A stretch of 64,000 nucleotides of DNA from the human T2T-CHM13v2.0 reference genome, Homo sapiens, in the NCBI GenBank assembly GCA_009914755.4, contig CP068257.2, forward strand, positions 38,336,001 to 38,400,000, in the 5' to 3' direction. The notes under the pieces are model-generated. The model was not told the DNA's origin and made no database searches. It saw only the letters and a list, made by a program, of their open reading frames with translations. Of this stretch, positions 1 to 15,276 are shown piece by piece; position 1 is the first letter of the stretch, and every line of letters starts with the position of its first letter. A program made the position numbers and the translations under genes.

Positions 1-894
1 CTCTCTAGCCCAGAGCCTGCTGAAATTATTCAAACTATCCAATCCTAAACTTGCTCAAACTTATCTACTCTGCTTCACCATGGAAACCATCATGAGGGCT
101 CCGGGCCAGGATTTCCCCAGCCTCCCGACTGGTCCTGCATGGCATGGTGTACTCCCTTCTCTTGGGAACTGCGAGGGAATCCTGGCCACAGCTGCAGCAG
201 TGCGGAAAAAAAGACAGAAGTCAAAATATTGCTGCAATGGCTACGTGCATAATGGCAGAGTGCGGCATCCCCTGTCAACCTGCTGTGGTTTCCTGGTGGG
301 CTCACGTTGCCAGGTGTGGAAAATAGCCTCTCACCTCAGAGAAAATATTCGGCATTTCTACCCTTCCTCCACATCACACCTTCATTGTGTTCTATCTTAA
401 TTTGGGAACTTTTGTTTTGTTTTGTTTTGCTCCTAAGCTATTCACATACTTCTGCTTGCCAAATTACTCTGAAATTACATTTTGTTGTCCATCTGTAGAT
501 GTAGACCAAGGAAATATGGTCTTTCACTCTTTTTAAGTTCAAAATAAAAGCCTAGTGCGTATTCTGTGATTTAGTGCACAAAGGAGCAAGCAACCTCTTG
601 GGAGCCCCGCACTTGCTCACGTGCTCATTAAGCTGCTCTTGGATGGAGCCTCGTGGCTTAGGTGCTGAGTCCTGCCACACATAATAGTCACCTGGGAAGC
701 TCTGTAAAAGCACCATTGTGTGGGCTCCTCCCCAGACCAATTATAGGGCTTGGGCATCAGGATTTTCACAAAGCTTTTCAAAGGATTCAAATGTGCTGCC
801 AGCACAGAGAACTAACGTTCCAGTTGGGTTTTGTTCTCTGCTTTTTTGTGCTTTTTTGGCCAAGACTTAAGTTTTTCTCCAAAGGTTCTCAGAC

Positions 895-1068
895 TTCAGT
901 GTATATTGGAATCACCTGGAGAACTTGCTAAGACGGATTTTGGACGCTCATCCTCAGCGTTTTTGATTCAGTAGGTCTGGGGTGGGGCCTAAGAATGTGC
1001 ATTTCTAACAAATACCCAGTTGATGCTGGTACTGCTGGTCCAGGCCACTTCTTTGAGAACCACTGCCT
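895..1068. mobile_element. MER5-like hAT-Charlie nonautonomous DNA transposon
   Basis: Terminal inverted repeats cagtgtat...gagaaccactg with internal 'ggtctggggtggggcctaagaatgtgcatttctaacaa...gatgctggtactgctggtcc', a close match to the MER5A/B consensus as I recall it. Confidence 0.5.
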
Positions 1069-1194
1069 AACTCTGCCTAAGGGTGTTCCTCTTCTGGGAT
1101 CTGTTTCTCAGAGTTAGGGTAATCAATTAGTCTCCATTTTGGCATTAAACCTCTTATGTTCTGGGAAACCCCTCAGTCCCTGGAAAACCGGGAT

Positions 1195-1545
1195 AGTTTG
1201 TCCCCAAAAAGATATGTCTGCATCCTAATCTCCAGAATCTGTCGATGCGACCTTACTTGGGAAAAGGCAGAGACCCCAGACCCTGTCTCTGCATATGTAA
1301 TGAAGTTAGGAATCTTGAGATGAGATTATCCTGGGTTATCTGGGTAGGCCCTAAATCCAATGGCAAGCGTCCTTATAAGAACAACACAGAGGAAGATTAC
1401 ACAGACAGAAGAGAAGGTGACCATGTGACCACAGAGGCATGGAGTGCAGAGAGACAGTCCCAAGCCAAGGAATGTCCCCAGACTGAATCGAGGGTAGGGG
1501 TGCTTATTCTCACAGCCCAGTAATGAGATGTAGATGAACTGGGAA
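1195..1545. mobile_element. MaLR LTR fragment (MLT1-like)
   Basis: 'gatatgtctgcatcctaatctccagaatctgt...cttgagatgagattatcctgggttatctgggtaggccc...cttataagaa' parallels the MLT1 consensus (gatgtccacgtcctaatccccggaacctgtgaatatg...gatcttgagatgggaagattatcctggattatc...cttataaga). Confidence 0.5.
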
Positions 1546-2017
1546 AGATGAAAGTTTATTTCTGTAACCAGGGACAGGGAGAAGGCCAGGAAAATATCAC
1601 CGGGCCAACTCAAAATTACAAAGTTTTCCGGAGCTTATATACCTTCTAAGCTAATGTGTACATGTAAGTGTGCATTCATCCAAAGATATAAGTGATTAAC
1701 TTCTAATCTATAACTAAGGTCTGAGTCCTGAAGACCTTCCTCTGGAGCCTCAGTAAATTTACTTAATGTAGATGGGTCCAGGTGCCAGAGATGATTACCC
1801 TTATCTTGTCACCTGCTAAATCAGGGAGGTTTGGGGAGTTCCCAATAAAACTTGTTTGTGAAGATCTGGAGAGATTCTTCAGACCCACGATAAAACTTGT
1901 TTAATCCTAAACAGGTCCTGTTAAGAATTCCTTTGTTATCTTGTCATGCTTCAAGGCCCAGGAAAGGCCTGGGCAAAACTCTTGGTGGGCTTTTGTTACA
2001 TTCCAGCTTTTGTATAA

Positions 2018-2343
<326 letters not shown>

Positions 2344-3560
2344 CTCTTTCAGCTTTTAGTATTTAACTTAACCACTCAGTCAGTGCCGAAACCGCTGTCG
2401 TGGAGGCTGCCTGCTCAGCTGGTAGTGAGACCTGGCCTGCCACAGGAATGCAGATGGCCACCAGAGGCTGGAAGAGACAAGGTATCCATTCTCCCCTAGA
2501 TCCTTTGGAGAGAGCATAGTCTTGCTGATATCTTAATTTTGGATTTCTTCTGCAGAACTGTGAGAGAATGCTTGTCTGTTATTTTAAGCCACCGGGTTTG
2601 TGGTAATCTGTGACAGCAGCTCTAGGTAACTAATACCATCCCTTTAACTCACCACTACTATTCTAGAGGGATATTGGGGGCAGTTTCCACCTCTCCTGCC
2701 TATCAAAAGTGAGATGTTCTGAAATCACGTAACCTTCACAAAGACCAGCTGATTGACTAATGAGTCTATAAAAACACTTCCCAGAAAGAACAGTCTAGAA
2801 ACCAATGAAGCACAGCTAATCTGACCTATTACAAGTACGGAAGACTATCTACGGTAGGTCATTAAGCAGCCAATGATGTAAATAAAACCTCTGCTAATGT
2901 TAAATGTGCCACTTTGTTTTGCAGGATGCAGCAGGCCGACAGTCATAGGCGGCCTGTTGGAAGCGCTCTGCAGCAGCTGTGCTCAGGGTGCAGCGAGACC
3001 TGGTGGAGAGAGCTGGTGGCTTCGTTGAGGAGGGATGGCAATGTTAGAGCCCAGTGTGGATGGCCTTTCCGTGTTCTGTGAAGGCGCTGGCAACTCCACA
3101 GAGCTGGAAAGGCTGGGCCATGAACAGGGCTCACCCTGTCAACTCCAAGTCACCTCCAGGACCTGTGGCTAAAATGATTGGAAGAGGAAGGGCCAGAAAC
3201 ACATGGAAAGCTCTAGAAGTGTCAGATTGGCCTCGTACAGCCCTTGGGCTAGCTCCACTCTGGAAAACCAGGTATGAATGTATTTGGGGCCCCGGACTGG
3301 GGTGCTCTCTTTTCCCCATTTCTTCTGGCTGTTTAGCTGCTGCCTCTGAGGGGTTTCTGGCTCCTATACCTTTGCTGAAGTTTGAGTCATGATTTTCTCT
3401 TGATGCTCGTCTTTTGGACTGTTTGCTGACGTCCCACTGTGTGAACAGTCTTCTTCAGGTTGCCCGTACTTAGTGTCCAGCGTATGCTGTGATGTATTGT
3501 ACTTAAAGAAAGCTCCTCCGTTGTCTGATAAGAATATATTTCTGCATACAGAGATTACAA

Positions 3561-3613
3561 ATTATTTTATTATTTTATTTTATTTTATTTTATTTTATTC
3601 TATTTTATTTTTT
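3561..3613. repeat. (ATTTT)n microsatellite, about 10 units, abutting an Alu tail
   Basis: 'ttattttattattttattttattttattttattttattctattttatttttt' read directly. Confidence 0.85.
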
Positions 3614-3907
3614 GAGACGGGTCTAGCTCTGTTGCCCAGACTGGAGTGCAATGACGAGATCTTAGCTTACTGCAAACCTGCAACTTCTGCCTCCTGGGCT
3701 CAAGCAATCCTCCCACCTCAGCCTCTGGAGTAGCTAGCACCGCAGGTGTGTGCTACCACACCAGTCTATTTTTTTTGTTTGTTTTTTTTAGAAACAGAGT
3801 CTTGTTTTATAAACAGGTGGGCCTCAAACTCCTGAGCTCAACAGATCTGCCCGCCTTGGCCTCCCAAAGTGCTCATGGATTACAGCCATGAGCCACCATG
3901 CCTGGCC
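3608..3907 (-). mobile_element. Alu SINE (older, diverged; antisense)
   Basis: 'gagacgggtctagctctgttgcccagactggagtgcaatg...ctcccaaagtgctcatggattacagccatgagccaccatgcctggcc'. The middle linker is diverged. Confidence 0.9.
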
Positions 3908-4289
3908 TAAAAATTTTTTTAACAGTTTACTCTGCATGTAATAAAGCAGTCTTGAACTGGGAGACTTCTAACCAAAAGTGCTAAGTAGCTCAGGTCATAG
4001 CATTTACAGTGTAGCTCATGAAGCACAAATGAAGAAGAACACTGACTTTATTGTTACGGGCTATTATAAACTCTCATTCCTTTTAGGCCAAGTAGAACTG
4101 TATAAGCTGTTTTGTCTGTAGCTGATTAGCTCAGAATCATGCTGACAAAATAAAATCTTAAGTTTTGTTTACAGTTAAAGCTAGCATTGCAAGGAAATCA
4201 GGATGGTTTGTTAGCTATGTGGCTGTGGGCAGTTGGCCCAGAGGTATAGCCGAACTGTAACCTCTGTTTTCTCTTTTTAAATATTCTCA

Positions 4290-4830
4290 TTATATGAATT
4301 TAAGGTTTACAACATGTTGCTTTGATGTATGTGTACATGGTGCAGTCATTTACCACAGTCATGTAAATCAACGTATCCATCACCTTGCATAGTTCTTTTT
4401 TTTTTTTTTGTAGTAAGAGTACCAAAAATGGACACTTTTTAGCAGTCCTCATATTGTATATTAGATTTCTAGGGTAATCCATCCCAGCTAACTGCATCTT
4501 GATATGCTTCCATGTCTCCACATTCCTACCAAGCCCCCACCCCTGGTAATCAACTTTCTATTCTGTTTGTATGTATTTAATTATTATTTTTGTATTCCAC
4601 GTATAAGTGAAATCAGGCAGTATTTTTTTTTTCCCTGTCTGGCTTATTTTACTTAGCATAATGTCCTCTAGGTTCATCCATGTTACTGCAAATGGCAGGC
4701 TCTCTTACAAATTATTTAAGGGCAAGAATCAGGCTATCTGCTTTTTCTCACTTTCAACACACCCAGGCCTCTCACATCACCATACAATGGAATCTTAACT
4801 AGCACAGGTTTATTCCATTTCCCACCATTC
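4290..4830 (+). mobile_element. LINE-1 3'-region fragment (older L1 subfamily)
   Basis: 'catggtgcagtcatttaccacag...atcaccttgcatagttcttttttttttttttgtagtaagagtaccaaaaatggacac...cagtattttttttttccctgtctggcttattttacttagcataatgtcctctaggttcatccatgttactgcaaatggcagg' matches the well-known L1 3' segment (…tctggcttatttcacttagcataatgccctccaggttcatccatgttgtcacaaatggcagg…). Confidence 0.6.
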
Positions 4831-6665
4831 AAAAACTATTATCGAGTCTAAATATTATTGAAAACTTTCTGGTTCAGCTTTCAATTGAAGGGGGCCCCCA
4901 AATGGATCTCAGCAGCTGGCTACTAAATGTTCCAAAACATGAGGCAAGAGGATCCACACACTGTACCTGGGAGAGGGTGCTGTGGTCACAGGAAAAGCTC
5001 AGTACCCGGCACCTCTGCAGACACTCAGTGACTTTGCTGAATGAATGCAGCCCGAGGGAATCAGCGGCACCTGGTAATAGAAATACATAGATGCATTTTG
5101 CATGACAGAGAGAATCCATTTGGAAACTCAACTTTTGCAGTAATGGTTGTTATGGGACTCAGTTTCAGAGACCATAAAAGAGAAATTCTAAGTTATGTTT
5201 AATGTCATGTCCAGCCCAGGACATGACCTGACCAAAGGCTTCAAATGTGTTTGAAATCTGGTGTTTCAGTCTAAAAATTCACATAAACGTTGCATTCAAT
5301 TCTCTAGTACTTGCACTTTACTCACCAGGGAAAGAAATCACTTTTTCAGGAAGATGCGCCATGTTTGCTTTGTGACTTTCTCACTCCTTCACTGCTAGGT
5401 ACTCTAGAATTCAAGGTTCGCATGCACAGCTCTTCAATGTGACTGGCTCATAGAACAACTGTAAGTAATTGTGTTAAAATAGTAATTTTAAAGAGGGAGT
5501 GTGTTTAACATAGTTTATAAAATGTAAAAGATGTAAGATCCAGTACATAGTTCTAGCCACCTCTACAGCTAGCTATGAAGGATGATCTTAGAGAAAATTT
5601 AAAGTGCTTATTGCTAAAAATAGAAGCAACCTGTCAAGATGCAATGGGCTTTTGTAACAGGCTCTGCAACCTCTTCTCAAAAAAGTAGAATTGTTAGTAG
5701 GCTAAAATGCTGTGGGATTTTAATACACAGGTTTACCACTGAAGTTTTTAATTTGGGATGGCTAACATAAAAATGATCTTCTATCAACACTTTAGAGGAT
5801 GGTTTCTTTGGGATTTATTTATAATTTTACTGAAAAATTACTGTGTAGGGAAGAGAGAGTGACTGTTTCTGAATATCATTGAAATTACGCTATGCAAAGG
5901 CCTTAAACTGGAGAAAGAAGAGGAGCTTAAAGAGAAAATAGAAAACCTCCCATCGATGGGATGATTATTTCAAAAACTAAAAATTTTGTGTCAGTCACTT
6001 TGGTGCAAAATTACAAAGACTCTCTGTTGGTTCCTTACACATTTCAATTGGATTTGTTTTTGGCATTTTATTACTCAGTCCCAAATCCAAAGGGAATTTC
6101 ATAAAATTAATTTGTTCACTTCCCCACCACCCCACCAACAAAAGCCCCCAAACGCAATGTTGTATCCAAGGATAGTCAGGCTTCCTGCTGATAAAAGCTG
6201 ATCTTGTTCTTCTAGCTAATGTTCTAGGGAACTATTTCTAGAAGCTTAGGAATGTCTTTAAAACTTAGAAGCTCAAGTCAATGTCATGTAAATGAAACTA
6301 AGCTTATGAAAAATTAGTTTCTTTCTACTTTTGGCACCCTCAGTAAACACTGCAGCACAGATTTTTTTTTTCCACAATGTCTGACCTTGGGAAGTTATGG
6401 CACATGACAGAATAAAACAAAGTAGAAAGAGTATTTTAAAAATATTATGTGAGCCTGCTAACTCTTGGTTTTAAATGTAGACGTTGGCTTCTAAGCAACT
6501 AATTTTTAAAAACTTAAAGATAAGAAACTAAGTTTTATGAAAAGAAGTGGTACTTCTGAGGTTTTAAGAGTTAAACTTATCTGAGGAGGAAGAAATTTCT
6601 ATGAATGTGTGGCGAAACTTTGAGGGGTATTTGATATACCTTCTGCGAACTGACTCTCAAAGTGA

Positions 6666-7026
<361 letters not shown>

Positions 7027-7852
7027 TAACAGGTAAGGCAGGAGAGAAGGGGAGGCTGTGGATTGAGTCATATTTTTCTCAAAGTTGTGTCCAAAATATG
7101 CTTCTATCAGTGTCGGTGTTAATAAGCCAAGCAGTCACGTGAAATGGGATGTTCTTTCTTGCTTCTTTTTTTGAAACTTGCTGACCTGATGTGTTTTCCA
7201 CCTCAAATTTCAAGAGTCAGGTGGATTTTTCTTTCTTTTTCTTTTTTTGAAGTTCAAATTCTGCCAGTTTGTATATTTTTGGCTGGGGCTCAAAAATAAA
7301 ATAGGCAGGCATTTATTAAATACAGTGACTTTTCAAAAACTGTTATTTCTATATTTTTATTTTTAACAATGTGAATAGAAATTTTAAAAGAATGCTTCAT
7401 GTTAGCAAGAACGCTTACAGAATGAAACTTTTCTTAAAAATTTGAATTTAACAACCCCAGAAAACACTGCATTTTAGCTTAAGTCAGGAATCCAAGGAGA
7501 GGAGAGGAAATAGAGGGATGAGAGAATGGGTCTGACTTGAATTCTACCTCAGATGTAGGGAAACACAGTAACAGTTTTTCAACCCTTTCGGCATCAATAA
7601 TCATCACTTGCATTTCAGTTCGGTTCAGAAATTGTCATTCATGGCCTTTTTCTGGGTCTTATAAGCACTCAGTGCTACTCTGCTTACAAGGAGGGCAAAT
7701 TCCTCACTTTGGTTATGACCTTTGGTCTCTTCCACTTCCTCACTCTCACTGCTTTTATTTTCATTTATTAAATTCACCTCTGTGTGTGTCCACGTTGCAT
7801 GTGCAGTATTTTTTTTTTCTAGTCTTGACTTTGAGCTTCTAGATACTGCTAG

Positions 7853-8205
<353 letters not shown>

Positions 8206-8299
8206 TAGAAAATTATTTCAGATAGCCTCAGTTGAGTCCTCCTTCGTATGTGACATTTCTCATCAGTTATCCTAGTTAATTCCCTAGTGGGTTGCTCAC

Positions 8300-9000
8300 A
8301 GTGGCTAATCTGTCCCTTTCCTAGTCTCTCCAATTTTCAAACTTACTTTCTTAAACCTCCTTATCCTCTGAAAATCAACTTGTGTTCTACTTCACTGAGA
8401 AGACATGACTATTTAAATTTTCCCTCTCTCTCAGCCTGTTTCACCCCACCAGTATCAGAATTCTCTACATCGCCTGTTCTCTTCTCTTTTAGTAATATTT
8501 CATAAGATGAAATATCTCTCTTCCTTTTTCATCACTGGAAAATTCTCAGCCATTATCTCTTTGAATATTACTTCTGTCCAATTTTCCCTCTTTCTTCTCC
8601 TTTTTGGGACACCAAATATATGTATGTTGGACCTTCTGTGAGTATCCCGTATGTTATTTACGCTCTTAACCATTTTTCCCACTATTTTTTTCCTCTCTGA
8701 AATTCGGGTGCTATTAGTTTTTCCTCCAGTTCACTAATACTGTATTCTGCTGTGTCCGATCCACTGTTAAACCTATCCACTATTACCTAATATTTAGATA
8801 TTATTACTTTTTCAATTCTAGAGGTCTACTTGGTTATTTATAAAGTAGTTATTTGGCAAAATTCTCCTTCTTTTTATCCACTTTATGATTCTTTTTCTTC
8901 ATTTAAATAAACATATTAATCAAATTAAAGACCTTGTTTGCTCTCTTTAGCTTATCTGTGATTTCACTTTGATTGAAATTTTTTTTTCTTCTGATTATTG
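8300..9000 (-). mobile_element. Ancient LINE-1 fragment containing an ORF1 (RRM) remnant
   Basis: Minus-strand ORF 8500-8682 translates to '...NIHIFGVPKRRRKRENWTEVIFKEIMAENFPVMKKE', matching the conserved L1 ORF1p motif (NLRIIGVPE..E..FEEIMAENFPNL.K.). Boundaries are approximate. Confidence 0.5.
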
Positions 9001-9289
9001 GTCATATGGTCTTCCCTCTTTGGATGTCCAATTCTCCTTTTCTTCGTAGTAAGTAGAGACTGCAGTTGTTGTTCTCTTCCACCAAAGAGATTGTTGCTTC
9101 CTTTGTTAGGCAGAGAGGGTAAGGACTAACTGGCTTAATACAGAGGTTGAGCTGAGCTGGGTGTTGAGCTTCAGTTTTAGTGAGACTCAGTCTACATCTA
9201 GTTCACGGCTCTTCTAGCCTTTTGATCTGAGCCCATCCGGGTTTCTATCTCAGTCCTGAAAGACTGTGAAAGATTTCATTCTGCCCTTC

Positions 9290-9830
9290 AGAGGTTTTTA
9301 GCTTAGCTCTTGAACTTCACACCTGTATTGGTGTCTATTTCTGCATAACAAATTACCTGAAGTTTAGAAGCTCAAAACAGCAAATACTTATTTTGTCATG
9401 GTTTCTGTGTGTCAAGAATTTGTGAACAGCTTAGATGGGTGAATTTGGCTGCAGGTCTCTCATGAGGTTTCACTCAAGCTGTTGGCTGCAGATGCCACAG
9501 AATGAAGACTGGACTGGGACTGGAAGACCTGCTTCCAAGCTTGGTCCTGTGGCTGTGGGCTGGGGCCTTTTGTCTTTTTTTGCTGCTGGCCAAAGGCCTC
9601 ATTTCTTCACCATGAGCTTCTCTGAGAGTTCTTATGTGTCTTGATGACATGGTGATTCATTATGAGTGATTCAAGCATGAGTGATTCGAGAGAGAGAGTG
9701 CAAATCATAATGTTTTTATTACTTAGGCTCAGTGGTTACTGTCCATATTTTCTGCCATCAGAAATTCCTATTGATCAGAAGTGAGTCACTAAGTAGAGTC
9801 CACCCTCAAGGTGAGGGGAATTAGCTCCAC
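9290..9830. mobile_element. Ancient interspersed repeat, family unresolved (possibly LTR-derived)
   Basis: 'ctgcaggtctctcatgaggtttcactcaagctgttggctgcag...' resembles a common mammalian repeat consensus I half-recall. No family assignment is possible by eye. Confidence 0.3.
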
Positions 9831-10371
9831 TGAAGGGAAGAGTATAAGCAAATTTGTGAACATACTTTAAAACCATCAAACCTCTTTATATGTCTTTCAA
9901 AATCTGACAAACATCTTGAGAGAAGACCTGCCTTGTATTTGAGGTAAACCCCTGGTAGGTTTTATTTTTTAAGTACTGAGAGAATGCAGGAGAACTCACT
10001 TTATTGTTTAGAGACTGTGGCCTGGCTCCTCCATCTCCCACATAGTTCCAGAGCTCAGCAGATTTCCTGAGACCTCTCTCATTTCCAGTTGGTCACACCA
10101 GCCTCATTTGCTGCTGGAAGCTTTGCCGGTTCTCCGGTCTCTCAACAAGGGCCCTCTGCATGTTCTGATCCTTGCCCTCACCCAGACATAGAACATCTCC
10201 CAGGGAAAAATGGAGGCTCAGAATGGTTGCCCTACATCTGATATTTTAGTTCATCCATTTCCTATTGTCCCATAGTCCTGCTTTAAAACTACGATTTTAT
10301 AATTTATTCACCTTTTTGTAGTTGTTGTAATAGGGGCATTGCCCTACCATGACTTCTACATCTTACCCTGA

Positions 10372-10902
<531 letters not shown>

Positions 10903-13784
10903 TCTAAACACGTTTTTAAAACTCTGACGCCCCTTAACACCACCTCCTTTCGCCCCCTCCCCTTTTACTCCAGTGTTAGGGCTGTCTTTTTCTCCCCATC
11001 TCCTACTTATTACACCCCTTGGCACTTTGCTTCTTAGAGTTCTGGGTAAGGTCCTCAAATGTCTTCTACATGACAAAATCGAGAGGCTTCTTCTCAGTGT
11101 TTCTCACACCCAAACATCCAGCTGCTTTTACTGTTAAAATTCTCCCCCTCTGGACTTTTTTTCAGCATTTCCCTTGATGTAACCTTTCTGGGTCTTTTCC
11201 ACTTTCTCTTCTTTTTCCTCTTCTTACTGGACATTCTCTCCTAATTTCACTAAAACTCATGTCTTACACTTCCATTTCTATTTGAATGACTTCCAAATTT
11301 TCACCTGTAGTCTCTTACCTTTCTCTCTGGCAACAAACCAGATTTCAAGTGCTTATCAGACGCCTCCATATAATTGGCTCATTATTACCCTAAACACAAT
11401 ATGTTGACCTGAAATTTAAGTTGCATAACCTCCATTTGGCCTTCAAAACTCAAGTCATATTGCTCTTTCCCCTGGCATCCTCTGGGTCCTCAGGCTGCAT
11501 GGAGTGGTTTGGAGTTGGGGCGGGGGGAAGTTTTTCTCTGGGATCCCTGTGTTCCTCCATCAGGACAGTCATCACTGCATTGCATTTTCGTTAGCTGTCT
11601 CTCCTGTTTCTTAGAGCAGTAATTCTTGACCAGGGGAGATTTTGCTCTCTGAAGGACATTTGACAATATATGGAGACATTTTCTGTTGTGACTATTTGGC
11701 ATCTTCCACTTGCATCTAGTGAGTAGAGGCCAGATATGTTGCTGAACATTGAATGATACGCAGCAGAAGCCCCACAACAAGGAATGCCTCAGTCCCAAAT
11801 GTCAGCAGTGCCAAGGTTGAGAAACCAATCTAGACTATGAGCCTCTCACAAAGTGGTAGCATGGTTTTCTGATCCGTGTACTTGGCACATCAGATGTACT
11901 CAGTAAGTGTCTATTAAATGGAAGACAAGAAACTCATTAAATACATTCTTCCCTTCTTTTCTACATGCTGTGCTATCTTCTCCTTTTTGCTTACTAAAAT
12001 CTTATCCATTCTTTATGATTCAGCTCCAATGCCAGCACCTCCCTGAGGTCTGTCGTGTTTCCTCCAGAATTCCTCTCTCTATCCTCTGTGCTCCGCAGCA
12101 ACTTGGGGGTAGCGTTTATCACCTCTTCTGGAGTAATATGTTTACCTGCCTCCCTGGTCACCTGAGTAACTCATAAGTCCCTTGTGAGCACTGTTGGCTA
12201 ACTGCTCTTTTTCAAATGCTTCTCTAGGCTGGTATGTGCCTCAGGATTGGAAGTATTTATTTCATTGTTAATGCGTGGACTCCTGTTACCAAATGGCCCT
12301 CAGTCTTCTCTCAATTCAGAGTCCTTTCCATGTACCAGGCCCTCTCCCCTAAAATGGTGCAGAGCCCATTGGATCATTTGGACCTCCTGTTTGCTGTCAT
12401 TTGTGGTGTAACACTAAATGCCTGAGACCTTCCTGTGGGCTGGTAATGCCCTATAGAACTTGTTAAAAAAAAATCCCAACAAAATGGTTTCCAAAAACAT
12501 CCTGTACAACAACAGCATCACTGGAATTTATGTCTATCTTTCCAGTTGGTGGAAAATTTTTATTTCAAAGTGTAAGTGTCAGCATATTTATGAAAAAAAG
12601 CAAGCATATTGATAGTCACATGGCTTAAAGTGTACACCCAAACCATTACAAGCAAGTATGGCCATTTATTTAACAGATAATATGATCTGGGCACTAAGCA
12701 TATAGTGGTAAACAAAAAAGTTCTTTCAAAGACAGGCACATTCTTCTCACTGCTGGCAAATTCCTGCTCTTTGATGGTGAATTTGAGTTTTTGAAATGTC
12801 CAGATGATTTCAAAATGATTGGACATTTTGAAATGTCCAAATGGGAACAAACAGGTCAGAGTTGAGAACCAAATTGAGAATTGTCTGAAATCATTCAGAG
12901 TTGAACAAAGGGGGTTAGTCCTAGGCCTTTTCTGCTAGTTAAATACAGGATTTAAATAAATAATTAAGCCTGTATTTCATATGAAATTTTTTATAAAGCC
13001 TGGATTATTTATAAACGAGCTCCGAAAGCCATTTCAATATGCCCTTATGTGTTTCAGCATCACTGAAACATTACTTTCAGAGTCAAACTCATTTTGAGAT
13101 ATAAATTCTGTCATAGTCTCATTATCTCTCATTCATACCTTGTTTTGAAACAAGTATGTTTAAATACCTTGTGAAGAAGGCAATGGTTCCTACTCTATTA
13201 GCAAAGACTAGAGTATTCACAAGATTTGGGGAAAAAGCACATTCAATATCCTTCTTGCATGACTTCTTAAAGATTTCTATTGCTTTTAATGATGGTCTCT
13301 TTTCTGCCTCTGGCTAGGAACCTTCCAGGCATTTTAGATTAGATTTTCTGTGCTTCCAACAAAAGCCCATCACTGGGGAGCTAAATTACATTTAGAAGCT
13401 GCATTTTTATTTTAATGATATATTGTTGATTGATTTTGCGCTCAATTTAATAGAGTAATCATCCTGTTCCCCAGTGGTTCTGACATGCTCAGTGCCCTAG
13501 GCCAGAAGCCAGAATCAAGATCCTTTAAGAATAGAGAAGAGAGAGATAATCAATTCCTCACTCCACACCCTGCACCCCCACCAGCTGCTTGAACTCATTT
13601 TCATTTGGATTCCTAAATTAATGAATTGTCTTTTCCAAAATAGCAATCCCAGTTTATATAAACTGATTTATACTCAATGCACAAAATAGGTGGTGCTTGC
13701 TTGTTTTGCTAAAGGAAAGGAATGAACTTCCATGGTTATGATTTTATTAGACACTGAGTTTCCCTTGCCTTTTTAAAATCTGCA

Positions 13785-13824
13785 CTCACACACAAGCACA
13801 CACATGCACACACACACACACACG
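13785..13824. repeat. Imperfect (CA)n microsatellite
   Basis: 'cactcacacacaagcacacacatgcacacacacacacacacgg'. Confidence 0.8.
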
Positions 13825-14392
13825 GCAAATTGCAATTAAGAACTCCAGAACATCTCATTCTGCAGTGCTGGGATTGGATTACAAGGGATATTACAATTCT
13901 ACATAATCTCATTATTTACAGCACACATTGTATTTTATATTTTAATTTATTTAATATCCAAAATGATCACTAGAGGTAAAATAACCCACCAGAGGAAAGA
14001 ATGATGGAGCCAGGATTGATCATGTTTTTAGACCGAGGTCTTCTATGCTCTTTATTACAAGAGTGTTTCTCAAACTCAAGTATTGTAGAAACTCCTTTGA
14101 AAGAGGAAAATCCTTTTTATGGATCCTCAAGGGAAATGCTAGAGTTAAATGCTGCCATTTTTGGCGGTCAGCTAGTCTCATAACATCAGAAATCCTGAGG
14201 TGAACATGAGCATCCAGCCATTCAGAATAATCTTGGGCTTTAGAGAGTTGACATCAAGGAAATAACACATGTTATATAATATAAATGTTATCATAGGAGT
14301 TGAAGGATCTCCGCAAATTTATAGACTCCAGATTTAAAAACACAATGACTTAAGACAAAGAGTATTTTATAACTTTTCTGAGTGAAGATGGA

Positions 14393-14766
14393 TGTATTAG
14401 TCTGTTTTCAGGCTGCTGATAAAAACATACCTGAGACTGGGCAATTTACAAAATAAAGAAGTTTATTGGACTTACAGTTCCACATGGCTGGGGAGGCCTC
14501 ACAATCATGGTGGAAGGCAAGGAGGAGCAAATCACATCTTACATGGATGGCAGCAGGCAAAAAGAGAGAGCTTGTGCAGAAAAACTCCCATTTTAAAAAT
14601 CATCAGATCTTGTGAGACTCATTTCACTATCACAAGAACAGCCCAGGGAAGACTCACCCCCATAATTCAACCACCTCCCACCGGGTTCCTCCATGACACA
14701 TGGGAATTATGGGAGTTATAATTCAAGATGAGATTTGGGTGGGGACACAGCCAAACCATTATCAAG
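14393..14766 (-). mobile_element. THE1/MST-family MaLR solo LTR (full length, antisense)
   Basis: 'tgtattagtctgttttcaggctgctgataaaaacatacctgagactgggcaatttacaaaataaagaagtttattggacttacagttccacatggctggggaggcctcacaatcatggtggaaggcaagg...gggtggggacacagccaaaccatt' is the reverse complement of the THE1B consensus (TGATATGGTTTGGCTGTGTCCCCACCC...CTAATACA). Confidence 0.8.
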
Positions 14767-15276
14767 GGATAATTTACCATCTTTGTGCTCACAATTCTGC
14801 AGAGAGGATGGATCTCAGTCTTCAAACACAAGGAACCAAAAATTCAACCTTGTTTTCATGTTTATATTCTAACCCTTACTGGATGGTGGGGTCAATTAAT
14901 TAAACATAAGCACAACCAATTCAGAGTTTCCTCTGGCACTTCAGGGTCTCTTCTCCCTCTGGTGGTGTCTAAATTCAAGGGTGGGTTCAGAAAGTGCCAC
15001 AGCCTGGGTGGGATTGGGCATCATGTCCTTTGAGGTCACAGTCCATTCCTGCAAACTCTGAGACTCCCATGTTCCTATTTGATCAGGGATTATTGGTCCA
15101 CTCGGAGCTCTCTATGTCTGCTTTGTCCTGAGCTTGAGCCCTCAGCAGATCTCCTTGTCCTCCACTTCAGCACCTGCTGAGCAGTTCTCAGTGAGGAAGG
15201 GACACTCTTCTATGCTTTGGGGAACTGTGTGGGGCTGTCCCAGCTGTCACTTCTGCTCTCCTGCATCAAAACACCA

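Noticed and set aside
8500-8682. 60-aa minus-strand ORF with a clear L1 ORF1p (RRM) motif
   Set aside because: A genuine protein remnant, but of a decayed LINE-1. It is short, frame-broken on both sides and not a host gene.
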